A stretch of 64,000 nucleotides of DNA from an uncultured Chromatiales bacterium. GTDB taxonomy: Bacteria > Pseudomonadota > Gammaproteobacteria > SZUA-140. Numbering within the stretch: the first letter of the stretch is position 1; each line of letters begins with the position of its first letter. Position numbers and translations under genes: made by a program. The DNA is taken from positions 12,872 through 76,871 of the forward strand of contig CAZOOF010000005.1 of NCBI GenBank assembly GCA_964581365.1, written 5' to 3'. Below the pieces are notes generated by a model, which was given only the letters and a program-made list of their open reading frames with translations, had not been told where the DNA came from and searched no databases. Positions 9,448 through 18,018 of the stretch are shown here, piece after piece.

Positions 9448-10065
9448 TCAGCTCGGTTCGAGCAGATACTCTTGCAGACCGTTGCGCAGCAGGATGCTGC
9501 GGGAGACTCGGAAGCCTGGAAATCTTTCCATGAGGCGTGTCAGCCCCTGTCTTGGACCCACGCGTTCCTCGTCTGTCCGTCGCCGCATGGCGATGCCACC
9601 CGGCTCGATGCGAAAAGCGTGGGGAACCCTCGGGATACGCGCCTGGGTGGAAATGAGAGCGTGCACGAGCAGTCGAGGAGATCCGATCGTTCGCAGGCGG
9701 TCCGCCAGTCGCGGCAGCTCGTCCGGAGGGATGTAGTCGAACAGCGTCCAGGCCAGAACCAGATCGAAACCCCGGCCGGGCGGCGCCGGAAGCAGTTCCG
9801 AAGGCAAGGGACAGCACGCGCCTTCATCATTGACAGCGCTGGCGTCGGCAATGAGCGTTTCCAGCGTATCGAACAGATCCGCAACGTGTACGCGGGAGGA
9901 AAAGCGGAGCAGGAATTCGATGTTGGCAGCGATGCCGGGGCCCAGGTCGAGTATGCAGTTGCCGGTACCAGGAAGCTTCTCTATCGCCGCCTCCAGTGCG
10001 AGCGAACGGAAAGGCGCGGCATCCGGAGGCGCGCCTTTCACCGGCATGGTGCCGCGGGCGGCCAT
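9448..10065 (-). CDS. Class I SAM-dependent methyltransferase
   Basis: Motif I ILDLGPGIAAN and motif DLVLAWTLFDY. Its start ATG shares one base with the bactofilin stop (TGATG). Confidence 0.6.
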   Translation of the reverse strand: MAARGTMPVKGAPPDAAPFRSLALEAAIEKLPGTGNCILDLGPGIAANIEFLLRFSSRVHVADLFDTLETLIADASAVNDEGACCPLPSELLPAPPGRGFDLVLAWTLFDYIPPDELPRLADRLRTIGSPRLLVHALISTQARIPRVPHAFRIEPGGIAMRRRTDEERVGPRQGLTRLMERFPGFRVSRSILLRNGLQEYLLEPS

Positions 10066-10547
10066 CAGCCGACGGCGGTGATGCGCTCCGGCTGAGGAGT
10101 ATCGTCCGAGGTTGATGGCTTATCCGGTGTCTCGGACTTGCGTTCGCCACGGCCTTCCATGTCGACGCTACCCCTGAAGGAGCATCCGTCTTCCATCGTC
10201 AGTCGCGGGGCCACGATGTTGCCGCGCACCACGCCGCTGGCGCGGATGATCACTTGCTCTTCGGCGTGCAGATTGCCGTCCACCTGGCCTTCGATACGGA
10301 TCACCTTCGCATGCGCGTCAGCGAGGAGGCGACCGTTCTTGCCTACCAGCACACTGTGCTGCCTGACGGTAATGGTTCCCTCCACCGTGCCCTCGATGGT
10401 GAGATTCTCATCGCCGGTCACATCTCCCTTGATGTGGATGGTAGAACCGATGACCGCCTGAACCCGTGGCTCCTGCGGAAGCCGATCGATGCTGGAGACG
10501 TTTGATGCGGCAGTATCATGCGCGGGACTATCCGATTTCCTGAACAT
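10065..10547 (-). CDS. Bactofilin (DUF583 polymer-forming cytoskeletal protein)
   Basis: Trimmed to MFRKS with GGAG 7 nt upstream. Repetitive beta-helix bactofilin core IGSTIHIKGDVTGDENLTIEGTVEGTITV...VLVGKNGRLLADAHAKVIRIEGQVDGNLHAEEQVIIRASGVVRGNIVAP..., then an acidic or Pro-rich tail. Confidence 0.8.
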   Translation of the reverse strand: MFRKSDSPAHDTAASNVSSIDRLPQEPRVQAVIGSTIHIKGDVTGDENLTIEGTVEGTITVRQHSVLVGKNGRLLADAHAKVIRIEGQVDGNLHAEEQVIIRASGVVRGNIVAPRLTMEDGCSFRGSVDMEGRGERKSETPDKPSTSDDTPQPERITAVG

Positions 10548-10698
10548 AATTTTCTCCGTCAGTAAGTCGTCAGTTTGCGCCTTACGACTGCAATCGTCGT
10601 GCCATCGGTCGGGATCAAACGGATTAAACTCGGAGCGCTGCTGGCTGTCTAATCCGGTATCCACTCCAAAACAGAGTGAAAGCTCTGGGGAGGAAACC

Positions 10699-11067
10699 AT
10701 GGAAACCGTTAGAACGCGTCTTGGTGTCATCCAGAATCTCGCTCTTACCGATCGTCTGCTGCGCCTGGTACTGACAGCGCTGCTGCTCGCCTGGCCCATG
10801 ATCGATCTGCTGGTGGCAGGCAATGTTCTGAACGGCTGGCATGCTGCTTCCTGGCTGGTCTCGGCGTATATCGGGCTGACCGGTTTCGTCGGCTGGGATC
10901 CGCTCTACCATCTGTTCGGCTACCGAAGCTGCTCGATCGATTCCGAACGGAACCAGTGCGGCACGCTCCCGTATCAGGTCGACGCCGCGATGGGGCATCA
11001 TCCGGTCCCGAAGCGGGATTTCGATCACAGCCTTGCGGGTGCGACTCATCCCGAGCGGAAGGACTGA
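10699..11067 (+). CDS. DUF2892 (YgaP-like) small inner-membrane protein
   Basis: Start METVRTRLG with GGAGGAAACC immediately upstream. Two TM segments and the conserved GWDPLYHLFGYRSC motif. The upstream part of the track ORF is non-coding. Confidence 0.6.
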   Translation: METVRTRLGVIQNLALTDRLLRLVLTALLLAWPMIDLLVAGNVLNGWHAASWLVSAYIGLTGFVGWDPLYHLFGYRSCSIDSERNQCGTLPYQVDAAMGHHPVPKRDFDHSLAGATHPERKD

Positions 11068-11110
11068 GCGGAGAGGAAAACTGGCCCCCGGAGTAGTGGG
11101 GGCCGCAGCT

Positions 11111-12193
11111 TCAATCGAGATGGCGGCGGGCGGCGCCGCTGTCGAGGATGGTGGCAACCGCGGCGGCCGCGCTTCTGAAGTCGGGATGGCGGCCGAGGTG
11201 CCAGAGGCAGAGTGCGGCCGCGGTGATGAGCGCATCCCGCGCCGGCCCGGACGCTCCCGAGAGTGCCGCGATTCCCTCTTCAGCTGCGGCACGCGCGGCG
11301 GCTTCTGCGTCGAACGCATCGGCCATGGACGGCAGTGGCGGCGGCGTGATGCCACCGTCAAAGCCGAAGTCGGCCGGTTGTAATTCGACTTCTTCACGGT
11401 CCCCATCCTTTACACGAAGCACGCGTCCAGTCTGCCTGAGCGAAGGAATGATGCCGCCCTCGACGCCGCGGACGATCAGCGCCGAGTCGAAACCAGCCGC
11501 GCGGGCGAGGAGGGCATAGATCCGCGGATAAGCTTTGTGCACATAGCCGGTGACCAGATGCGTGCGGCCGCGCGCCCGCACCGGACCAAGCAGTTTTTCG
11601 ATGGTGGTCAGCGCAGGACGCTTGATCATCAGGGTGCGCAGCGGTGTCAGCTCATGCAGTGCGGGACAAAAAGCGCTTTGATCGAGGTAGGCCCAACCGA
11701 GCGCCGGATCCTCGATGCGGGCGACCGCTTCCTGGACCGTGCAGTCCACGCGCTGGTCCGCCGCCGCGAGCACCTGTCGCGGGGTCACCCCGAATTTGGG
11801 TCCCATCGCCGCGACGCCGTGGATCACCGCGTGCACGCCGCAGGCGGCAAGAACCGCGCCGAGAAACGGAGATACCGGAAGCCCGCGGTTGAAGCCGTCG
11901 TACGGATCGGCAAGATCGACCAGCTCGTCCACATCGGCGCTGCCTGCTTCGCTGGCCGCGCGCAATGCATCGAGGATGCCGAGATACTCGTCGTCGGTTT
12001 CGCGCTTCATGCGCAGGGCGATGAGGAAGATCGCCGCCTGTACCGGGTCGATTGCTCCATCGAGAATCGCCTTCATGCCGTCCCGGGCTTCCTGGCGCGA
12101 AATGTCCCTGGACAGCTCCGGGCCGGTGGCGATGCGCTGGATGATGGAATGCATCAGTTCGCGGGCGGCGGCAGGCTCGTTCGGTGATGGCAT
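11111..12193 (-). CDS. Glycosyl-transferase family 3 / anthranilate phosphoribosyltransferase-like protein (TrpD2/YbiB group)
   Basis: N-terminal helical domain E..A..M..I..G..D.VQ.AAFLIAL..K.ET.DE and a C-terminal Rossmann-like domain. The catalytic GTGGD of true TrpD is replaced by DLADPYDGF. Confidence 0.65.
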   Translation of the reverse strand: MPSPNEPAAARELMHSIIQRIATGPELSRDISRQEARDGMKAILDGAIDPVQAAIFLIALRMKRETDDEYLGILDALRAASEAGSADVDELVDLADPYDGFNRGLPVSPFLGAVLAACGVHAVIHGVAAMGPKFGVTPRQVLAAADQRVDCTVQEAVARIEDPALGWAYLDQSAFCPALHELTPLRTLMIKRPALTTIEKLLGPVRARGRTHLVTGYVHKAYPRIYALLARAAGFDSALIVRGVEGGIIPSLRQTGRVLRVKDGDREEVELQPADFGFDGGITPPPLPSMADAFDAEAAARAAAEEGIAALSGASGPARDALITAAALCLWHLGRHPDFRSAAAAVATILDSGAARRHLD

Positions 12194-12311
12194 GGCGGTG
12201 GTGGAGCGACTTGATTAAGGAACGACCCATGATACACGAGGCGGGCACCGCCAAAGAAATGCCCGGGAACGCCTTTGTTACAATTGCCGCCACCAAACCG
12301 GGAGGCCGGCA

Positions 12312-13190
12312 ATGACAGAAGATCAAAAGGGTCGCATTCTCGAGCGCGTCGAACGCATCCTCGATCGCGTCGAGTCACTGCTCGATACCAGGCCGGGGCA
12401 GCCGGACTGGAACGCCACCGCCTGGCGCTGGCAGCGGCGGCGAACCGGCGGAGAGTTGCTGGCGGTGAGACACCCTCATCACATCCGGCTGGCGGACCTG
12501 CGCAACATCGATCAGCAGAAGCTCCAGCTCGAGCGCAATACGCTGCAGTTCATTCACGGCCTGCCGGCTAACAATGCTCTGCTGTGGGGGTCCCGGGGCA
12601 CCGGCAAGTCATCGCTGGTCAAGGCTCTTCTCGCCGAGTACCACGAGCGCGGCTTGCGCCTGATCGAGGTCGAGGCTCATGACCTGGTCGATCTGCCGGA
12701 CATCATCGAGCTGGTGCGGGGACGCGAGGAGCGCTTCATCGTGTTCAGCGACGACCTGTCGTTCGAGGCCGATGACGCCAGCTACAAGGCGCTCAAGGCA
12801 GTGCTCGATGGCTCGGTGGCGAGCGTGGCCGACAACGTCCTCATCTATGCCACTTCCAATCGCCGGCACCTGTTGCCCGAGTACCGGCACGAGAACCTCG
12901 ACACCCGCGTGGTGGATGGCGAGATTCATCACGGGGAGGCGGTGGAGGAGAAGATCTCGCTGTCCGAACGTTTCGGTCTGTGGTTGTCCTTCTATCCGTT
13001 CAACCAGGACGACTATCTCGATATCTGCCGTGCATGGCTGCGCGCGCTCGGCGTTGCTGCCGTCGAAACGGAGGAAGTGCGTACCGAGGCGCTGCGTTAT
13101 GCGCTGGCGCGTGGATCACGCAGCGGTCGGGTCGCATGGCAGTTCGCCCGCGACTGGGCGGGGAGGAAAGGACTGGAGCAGGCGGAGTAG
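12312..13190 (+). CDS. DUF815-family AAA-type ATPase
   Basis: P-loop LLWGSRGTGKSSLVKA and Walker B RFIVFSDDLSF. The overall layout matches DUF815 ATPases. Confidence 0.7.
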   Translation: MTEDQKGRILERVERILDRVESLLDTRPGQPDWNATAWRWQRRRTGGELLAVRHPHHIRLADLRNIDQQKLQLERNTLQFIHGLPANNALLWGSRGTGKSSLVKALLAEYHERGLRLIEVEAHDLVDLPDIIELVRGREERFIVFSDDLSFEADDASYKALKAVLDGSVASVADNVLIYATSNRRHLLPEYRHENLDTRVVDGEIHHGEAVEEKISLSERFGLWLSFYPFNQDDYLDICRAWLRALGVAAVETEEVRTEALRYALARGSRSGRVAWQFARDWAGRKGLEQAE

Positions 13191-13239
13191 CCGGGAACCG
13201 GGGGAGCTTCCATGCTCCCCCGAGCGTCCGTCATCGATG

Positions 13240-15543
13240 TCAGAAGCGCAGGTCCGCCGTCAGCAGGTACGAGCGGGGCGCTCCGGTGAACACGCGCTGA
13301 GCCGGCCAGTTGGTCGACACGGCGTAGAGTTCGTCGGTGACGTTGTCGATGTTCAGCCGCACCAGCAGGTTTTCACTGACCGCGTACGAGGCCATCAGGT
13401 TCAGCACGGTGTAACCGGGCAGTTCGCCGAACAGACCGTTGGGGATGATGCGGTCAGCGTCGTCCGGCCTGCCTGCCCAGGAATCGGCAACGTACTGAAT
13501 GCCGCCGCCCAGCGTCAGCCCTGAACGGAAGGCGTAGCTGGTCCAGACATTGGCAGTGATGTCGGGGGTGAACGCCAGTTCATCGCCACGGGTCGAGGTG
13601 AAGCTCCCGAAGTCGCTGGTGAAGTCTCCCAGGTTGGCGTTGCGGCGGCGCTGGTCGAGCTCCGCGCTGTGTTTGCGCTCGCTGTCGAGGAAGAGAATGC
13701 CGCCCCAGGCAGTCCAGCCCGCGCGGATCTCGCCCGTCAGGCTCAGTTCGAGGCCCTGCACGATTTGCTTTCCGTAGCCCTGCAGCGTGACCGGATCGCC
13801 TGGGTTCTCGCTGCCGGTGATGGCGACATTGCGTCGTTCGGTGCGGAAAAGGGCCGCAGAGGCGTTGAGCCGGTTATCGAAGAAGTTCCACTTCAGGCCG
13901 AGCTCATAGTTCACGGCTTTCTGCGTTTTCGCTTCATCGTTGTTCTGGCCGGCCAGGCCGGGGAAGGCGTTGTCGCCGGTGCGTGAGATGTCCGGGTTGG
14001 ACAGATACGAGCCCGGGGGCAGCGCCGACATGCTCACCGCGCCGTAGATGCTGCCGTGCTCGACTGGCTTGAATACCAGCCCGAGCTTTCCGGTCAGTGT
14101 GGTGTCGCTGACATCGTACTGGTCCGGCCCCTGCGGATCGCCGGCTGTGGTCCGGCTTTCGATGTCGACCTCATAGCGCTCGCCGCGCAGGCCGCCGGTG
14201 AGCTCCCAGCGCTCGCTCAGCTCGACCGTGTCATAAGCATAGAGCGCAATGGTGTCGATGGTCACCTCGCTGGCCTGGCTGGCAGCGGCGCTTGATACCC
14301 CTGCCCGGAACGGATCCGGATTGGAGATATCCGTAGCCGGCTGGTCGGAGGTTCCGAAGCGCAGCGCATCGGACTTCTCGCGCATGATTTCGAGGCCCGC
14401 TGACGCGGTGTGCCGCAGGCCGCCGGTGTCGAAGCGGAATGTCAGGCTGGTGAGGTTCGAGATCGAGACGTTCTCACGATCATAGAACTGGGTCTGGGTG
14501 TCGACCAGGCGTGTTGTCGCGTCGTAGGCCGTCGGCACCGTATAGCGGGCATCCCGATCGGTTCGGACCCAGCGCGTCTGGTTGCTGAGGCGCAGATCCC
14601 GGGAGAAGTCATGTTCGATGCGCGCCAGGGCGGAATGTGACACCGTATCGTCGTAGTCCGAGGCCAGGCCGTAGAAGCGGTCGCGATCGTCCTCGTCCAC
14701 CGTGGGATCGAAGCGGGCCATATCTTCGATGAAGGCAGCCGGAATGCCCCAGTCGGGCAGATCTTCCTGCTCCAGGTACTGATAAGCGAGGACCAGGCGC
14801 GTCGGGCCATCGAGGCCGAAAGCCAGCGAAGGTGCGACACCGAGGCTGTTGTTTTCCGCCATCTGGCGGCCGGCGACCCCGCCTTCCTGCATCAGCAGGT
14901 TGACGCGGATTGCGCTGCCATCGCTCAGGATCCGGTTGACGTCCAGCGCGGTGCGCAGGCGATGCTCGGAATCGTATTCATCGAGCCCGTAACCGATCGA
15001 TGCGGACTGGCTGTTGCGCAGTTGCGGCGTCTTGGTGACGATGTTGACGTAGCCGCCGGCGCCACCGCGGCCATTGTCCGCAGCCGGGCCTTTGACTACT
15101 TCGACCTGTTCGACATTGAAGACATCGCGGCGATAGTTGCCGGAGTCACGAGTTCCGTCGACGAAGATGTTGCCGCTGGTGTCGAAGCCGCGCAGAGTAA
15201 AGTTGTTCGTGTTGGTTGAAAAACCGTTTTCGCCGGCGCTGAAGCTGATGCCGGGGGTGTTGCGCAGCACATCGGTCAGGCTCTGTGCACCCTGTTGCGA
15301 GAACAGCTCGCTGGGGATGACCTGTACCGTCTGTGGCGTGTCGAGAAGAGGGGCGGTGAACTTGGGGGAGGTCACCTGACCGGGCTGATCGGCGGCTGCC
15401 TGGACGCGAAGCGAACGCAGAGTGACGACATCGTCCGCCTCCTCGGCCTGAGCCAGTCCGGCGAGATTTCCGCAGCCGGCACACAGTACCGCGGCGAGCA
15501 GGGGCTTGAATCGATTTCTTCTTTCGGCACCTAGAGGTTCCAT
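13240..15543 (-). CDS. TonB-dependent outer-membrane receptor (Fiu/PiuA-like, probably for a siderophore)
   Basis: Trimmed to MEPLGAERRNRFKPLLAAVLCAGCGNLAGLAQA (signal peptide), then TonB box DDVVTLRSLRV, a plug and a 22-strand barrel. The C-terminus ...YLLTADLRF ends in Phe. Confidence 0.88.
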   Translation of the reverse strand: MEPLGAERRNRFKPLLAAVLCAGCGNLAGLAQAEEADDVVTLRSLRVQAAADQPGQVTSPKFTAPLLDTPQTVQVIPSELFSQQGAQSLTDVLRNTPGISFSAGENGFSTNTNNFTLRGFDTSGNIFVDGTRDSGNYRRDVFNVEQVEVVKGPAADNGRGGAGGYVNIVTKTPQLRNSQSASIGYGLDEYDSEHRLRTALDVNRILSDGSAIRVNLLMQEGGVAGRQMAENNSLGVAPSLAFGLDGPTRLVLAYQYLEQEDLPDWGIPAAFIEDMARFDPTVDEDDRDRFYGLASDYDDTVSHSALARIEHDFSRDLRLSNQTRWVRTDRDARYTVPTAYDATTRLVDTQTQFYDRENVSISNLTSLTFRFDTGGLRHTASAGLEIMREKSDALRFGTSDQPATDISNPDPFRAGVSSAAASQASEVTIDTIALYAYDTVELSERWELTGGLRGERYEVDIESRTTAGDPQGPDQYDVSDTTLTGKLGLVFKPVEHGSIYGAVSMSALPPGSYLSNPDISRTGDNAFPGLAGQNNDEAKTQKAVNYELGLKWNFFDNRLNASAALFRTERRNVAITGSENPGDPVTLQGYGKQIVQGLELSLTGEIRAGWTAWGGILFLDSERKHSAELDQRRRNANLGDFTSDFGSFTSTRGDELAFTPDITANVWTSYAFRSGLTLGGGIQYVADSWAGRPDDADRIIPNGLFGELPGYTVLNLMASYAVSENLLVRLNIDNVTDELYAVSTNWPAQRVFTGAPRSYLLTADLRF

Positions 15544-15617
15544 GCGTCCTGCGCCTTTGTTGGTTGGGTTCGGAAGGTATCCATTGCCAGCGGAATGGTA
15601 TTGCGTCGAATGGAAAG

Positions 15618-15642
15618 CGCAATGATAATAATTACCATTCGA
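15618..15642. promoter_or_regulatory. Candidate Fur box in the divergent promoter region
   Basis: AATGATAATAATTACCATTC: GATAATAATTACCATTCGA matches 13/19 of GATAATGATAATCATTATC and contains a perfect GATAAT hexamer. It sits in an AT-rich island about 80 nt from the TonB receptor start and about 60 nt from the piuC-like start. Confidence 0.45.
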
Positions 15643-15697
15643 CGTATCAATAGGGCATGAAAAAAACGGGCACGCGCAGCGCCCGGAGGACAGCGAG

Positions 15698-16378
15698 ATG
15701 ATGCAACGAATTCCCCGGGTGCTGAGTCCGGAGCAGGTGCAGGAGTGCCGCGCGGCGCTGGAGGCCGCTGAGTGGACCGATGGCCGGCTAACCGCCGGAC
15801 ATGCCGCGGTGCGGGTGAAGAGCAATCTGCAGCTCGCCCAGGACGATCCGGTGGGAGTCCGCCTGGGCAATCTGATCCTGGACGCCCTCGCAAGGAATCC
15901 CCTCTTCATGTCGGCCGCGCTGCCGCTGCGGGTCCTGCCGCCGCGATTCAATCGCTACGAGGGCGGAGGCGCTTACGGCAACCACATCGACAACGCGGTT
16001 TTCGCGGTGCCGGGAACGCCGCATCGGGTGCGCTCCGATGTGTCGGCGACGCTGTTTTTCAGCGAGCCGGAAGAGTACGAGGGCGGGGAGCTGGTGATCG
16101 AGGACACCTATGGCGCGCATGCGGTCAAGCTGCCGGCTGGCGATATGGTGATCTATCCCGGGCACAGCCTGCATCGCGTGACACCGGTTACGCGCGGAGC
16201 GCGTTTCGCAGCGTTCTTCTGGATCCAGAGTCTGGTTCGGGACGACGGGGAACGGGCGCTGCTGTTCAGCCTGGACAATGCTATCCAGGATGTGGCGAAG
16301 GCGCTCCCCGATCATGCTGTGTCCGGTCAGCTGCTCGGCGTCTATCACAACTTGCTTCGCCGCTGGACGGAGACCTGA
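15698..16378 (+). CDS. piuC: PKHD-type Fe(II)/2-oxoglutarate-dependent hydroxylase (YbiX/PiuC family)
   Basis: Full-length match to the PiuC/YbiX layout, including HIDN...D and H..RV Fe-binding residues and FFWIQS. Divergent from the TonB receptor, as in fiu-ybiX or piuA-piuC loci. Confidence 0.85.
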   Translation: MMQRIPRVLSPEQVQECRAALEAAEWTDGRLTAGHAAVRVKSNLQLAQDDPVGVRLGNLILDALARNPLFMSAALPLRVLPPRFNRYEGGGAYGNHIDNAVFAVPGTPHRVRSDVSATLFFSEPEEYEGGELVIEDTYGAHAVKLPAGDMVIYPGHSLHRVTPVTRGARFAAFFWIQSLVRDDGERALLFSLDNAIQDVAKALPDHAVSGQLLGVYHNLLRRWTET

Positions 16379-16380
16379 CC

Positions 16381-17502
16381 GTGGCCGATAACGACGACAG
16401 CCGGCACGAAGGCGGACCGCTGCGGCAGATTCCGCCCGACGCCGTGTCTCTCTCCGATTACGAAAGCCTGGCGCAGCGCCGGCTCGATTCCCGCTTCGCT
16501 GCGTGGCTGTTCGGAGGCGCGGCCGATGAGCTCACCCTGGATGACAACTGCGCTGCCTTCCGCCGGATACGCATGAAACCTCGGGTGCTACAGGAGCTCG
16601 CGGGAGGTGATACCTGTCTGACGCTGCTCGGGCAGCAACTGGACTACCCGGTGCTGCTGGCGCCGATCGCGCATCAGCGCCTGGTTCACCCCCAGGGAGA
16701 GCTGGCGACGGCCCTGGCTGCGTCCGCCGTCGGCGCGACCATGGTAGTCAGCACGCAAGCCAGTTTTTCCATGGAAGATATCGCCAGGCAGGCAAGCGCA
16801 CCGCTCTGGTTCCAGCTTTACATGCATCCGGATCGTGGTGTTACCCGGAACCTGGTCGCGCGCGCGGAGAGCGCGGGATATCTTGCGCTGATGCTCACCG
16901 TCGATGCGCCGGTCACCGGCATGCGCAATCGCGAGCAGCGACAAGGTTTCACCATGCCCGACTGGGAAACTGCCGCGAATCTCAAGGATGCGCCGCCTGA
17001 ACCGGTCGTCGTCTCCCGCGCCGGAGAAAGCCCGATCTTCGGCAGCCCGCTGCCGGCGGCTGCGCCGTGCTGGGCCGATGTCGAATCCCTGATAGCTTCC
17101 ACGCGGTTGCCGGTGATCCTCAAGGGTATTCTCGCGCCCGAAGACGCGGAGCGCGCCATCGCCGCGGGCGCCGCCGGCATCGTCGTCTCCAATCACGGCG
17201 GGCGCACGCTCGATACCGTGCCCGCAACCATCGATGCCTTGCCAGCGGTTACCGAGGCCGTCGCGGGGCGCCTGCCCGTGCTGCTCGATGGCGGAGTGCG
17301 CAGGGGAACCGACATTTTCAAAGCGCTGGCGCTGGGCGCTACCGCGGTGATGGTGGGGCGGCCCTGCGTCGCGGCGCTCGCGGTGGCGGGCGCTGCGGGC
17401 GTGGCGCATGCCCTGCATATTCTCCGCGCGGAACTCGAGGCAGCCATGGTGCTGGCGGGCTGCAGGAGGCTTTCGGATATAGACCGATCCCGAATCTGGT
17501 AA
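16381..17502 (+). CDS. FMN-dependent alpha-hydroxy-acid dehydrogenase/oxidase (LldD/glycolate-oxidase family)
   Basis: GTG start 2 nt after the piuC stop (track ORF 15772..17502 is over-extended upstream). N-terminal SLSDYESLAQRRLDSRFAAWLFGGAADELTLDDNCAAFRRIRMKPRVL, then LTVDAPVTGMRNRE and VVSNHGGR...GGVRRGTDIFKALALGATAVMVGRP. Confidence 0.85.
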   Translation: MADNDDSRHEGGPLRQIPPDAVSLSDYESLAQRRLDSRFAAWLFGGAADELTLDDNCAAFRRIRMKPRVLQELAGGDTCLTLLGQQLDYPVLLAPIAHQRLVHPQGELATALAASAVGATMVVSTQASFSMEDIARQASAPLWFQLYMHPDRGVTRNLVARAESAGYLALMLTVDAPVTGMRNREQRQGFTMPDWETAANLKDAPPEPVVVSRAGESPIFGSPLPAAAPCWADVESLIASTRLPVILKGILAPEDAERAIAAGAAGIVVSNHGGRTLDTVPATIDALPAVTEAVAGRLPVLLDGGVRRGTDIFKALALGATAVMVGRPCVAALAVAGAAGVAHALHILRAELEAAMVLAGCRRLSDIDRSRIW

Positions 17503-17598
17503 CGCTCTTCACGCGCCCGAATCCGGGTCGTTGACCCCCCCGGCCGCTGTGCTATCTTCTGTCCAGTCCCCGCGCTCAGCGGGCATGCCACGCCAGCC

Positions 17599-17931
17599 AT
17601 GAAACCCTGGATTTATCTTTTGGCGGCTATCATCGCCGAGGTCGCCGCAACTTCTGCCCTGAAATCGAGTGATGGGTTCACCCGGCTGGCGCCGTCGCTG
17701 GTGGTGGTGCTGGGATATGCCATTGCCTTCTATTTCCTCGCTCTGTCGCTGCGTTTCATTCCTCTCGGCATTGCCTATGCAGTCTGGGCGGGGCTCGGCA
17801 TCGTGCTGATCGCGCTGATCGGCTGGCTGGTGCACGGCCAGGCGCTGGACGTCCCAGCGATCGCCGGAATGGGTTTGATCATTGCCGGAGTCGCGGTGAT
17901 GCACCTATTCTCGCGTACAGTGGGACATTGA
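17599..17931 (+). CDS. SMR-family small multidrug efflux transporter (EmrE/SugE-like)
   Basis: 110 aa with four TM helices and the conserved Glu in TM1 ([12 protein letters not shown]). Confidence 0.85.
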   Translation: MKPWIYLLAAIIAEVAATSALKSSDGFTRLAPSLVVVLGYAIAFYFLALSLRFIPLGIAYAVWAGLGIVLIALIGWLVHGQALDVPAIAGMGLIIAGVAVMHLFSRTVGH

Positions 17932-18018
17932 ATGCCGCCCGGCAACGGCCGATAGATGTCGGACGGCCCTGATCGTGCCTCACCTTTCTCGATAATTCAC
18001 CGGAGACGAACCGCACAT

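Noticed and set aside
15772-16380. Upstream 200 codons of track ORF 15772..17502
   Set aside because: These overlap piuC in another frame and are Arg/Gly-rich. The flavoenzyme homology begins only at the GTG at 16381, right after the piuC stop.
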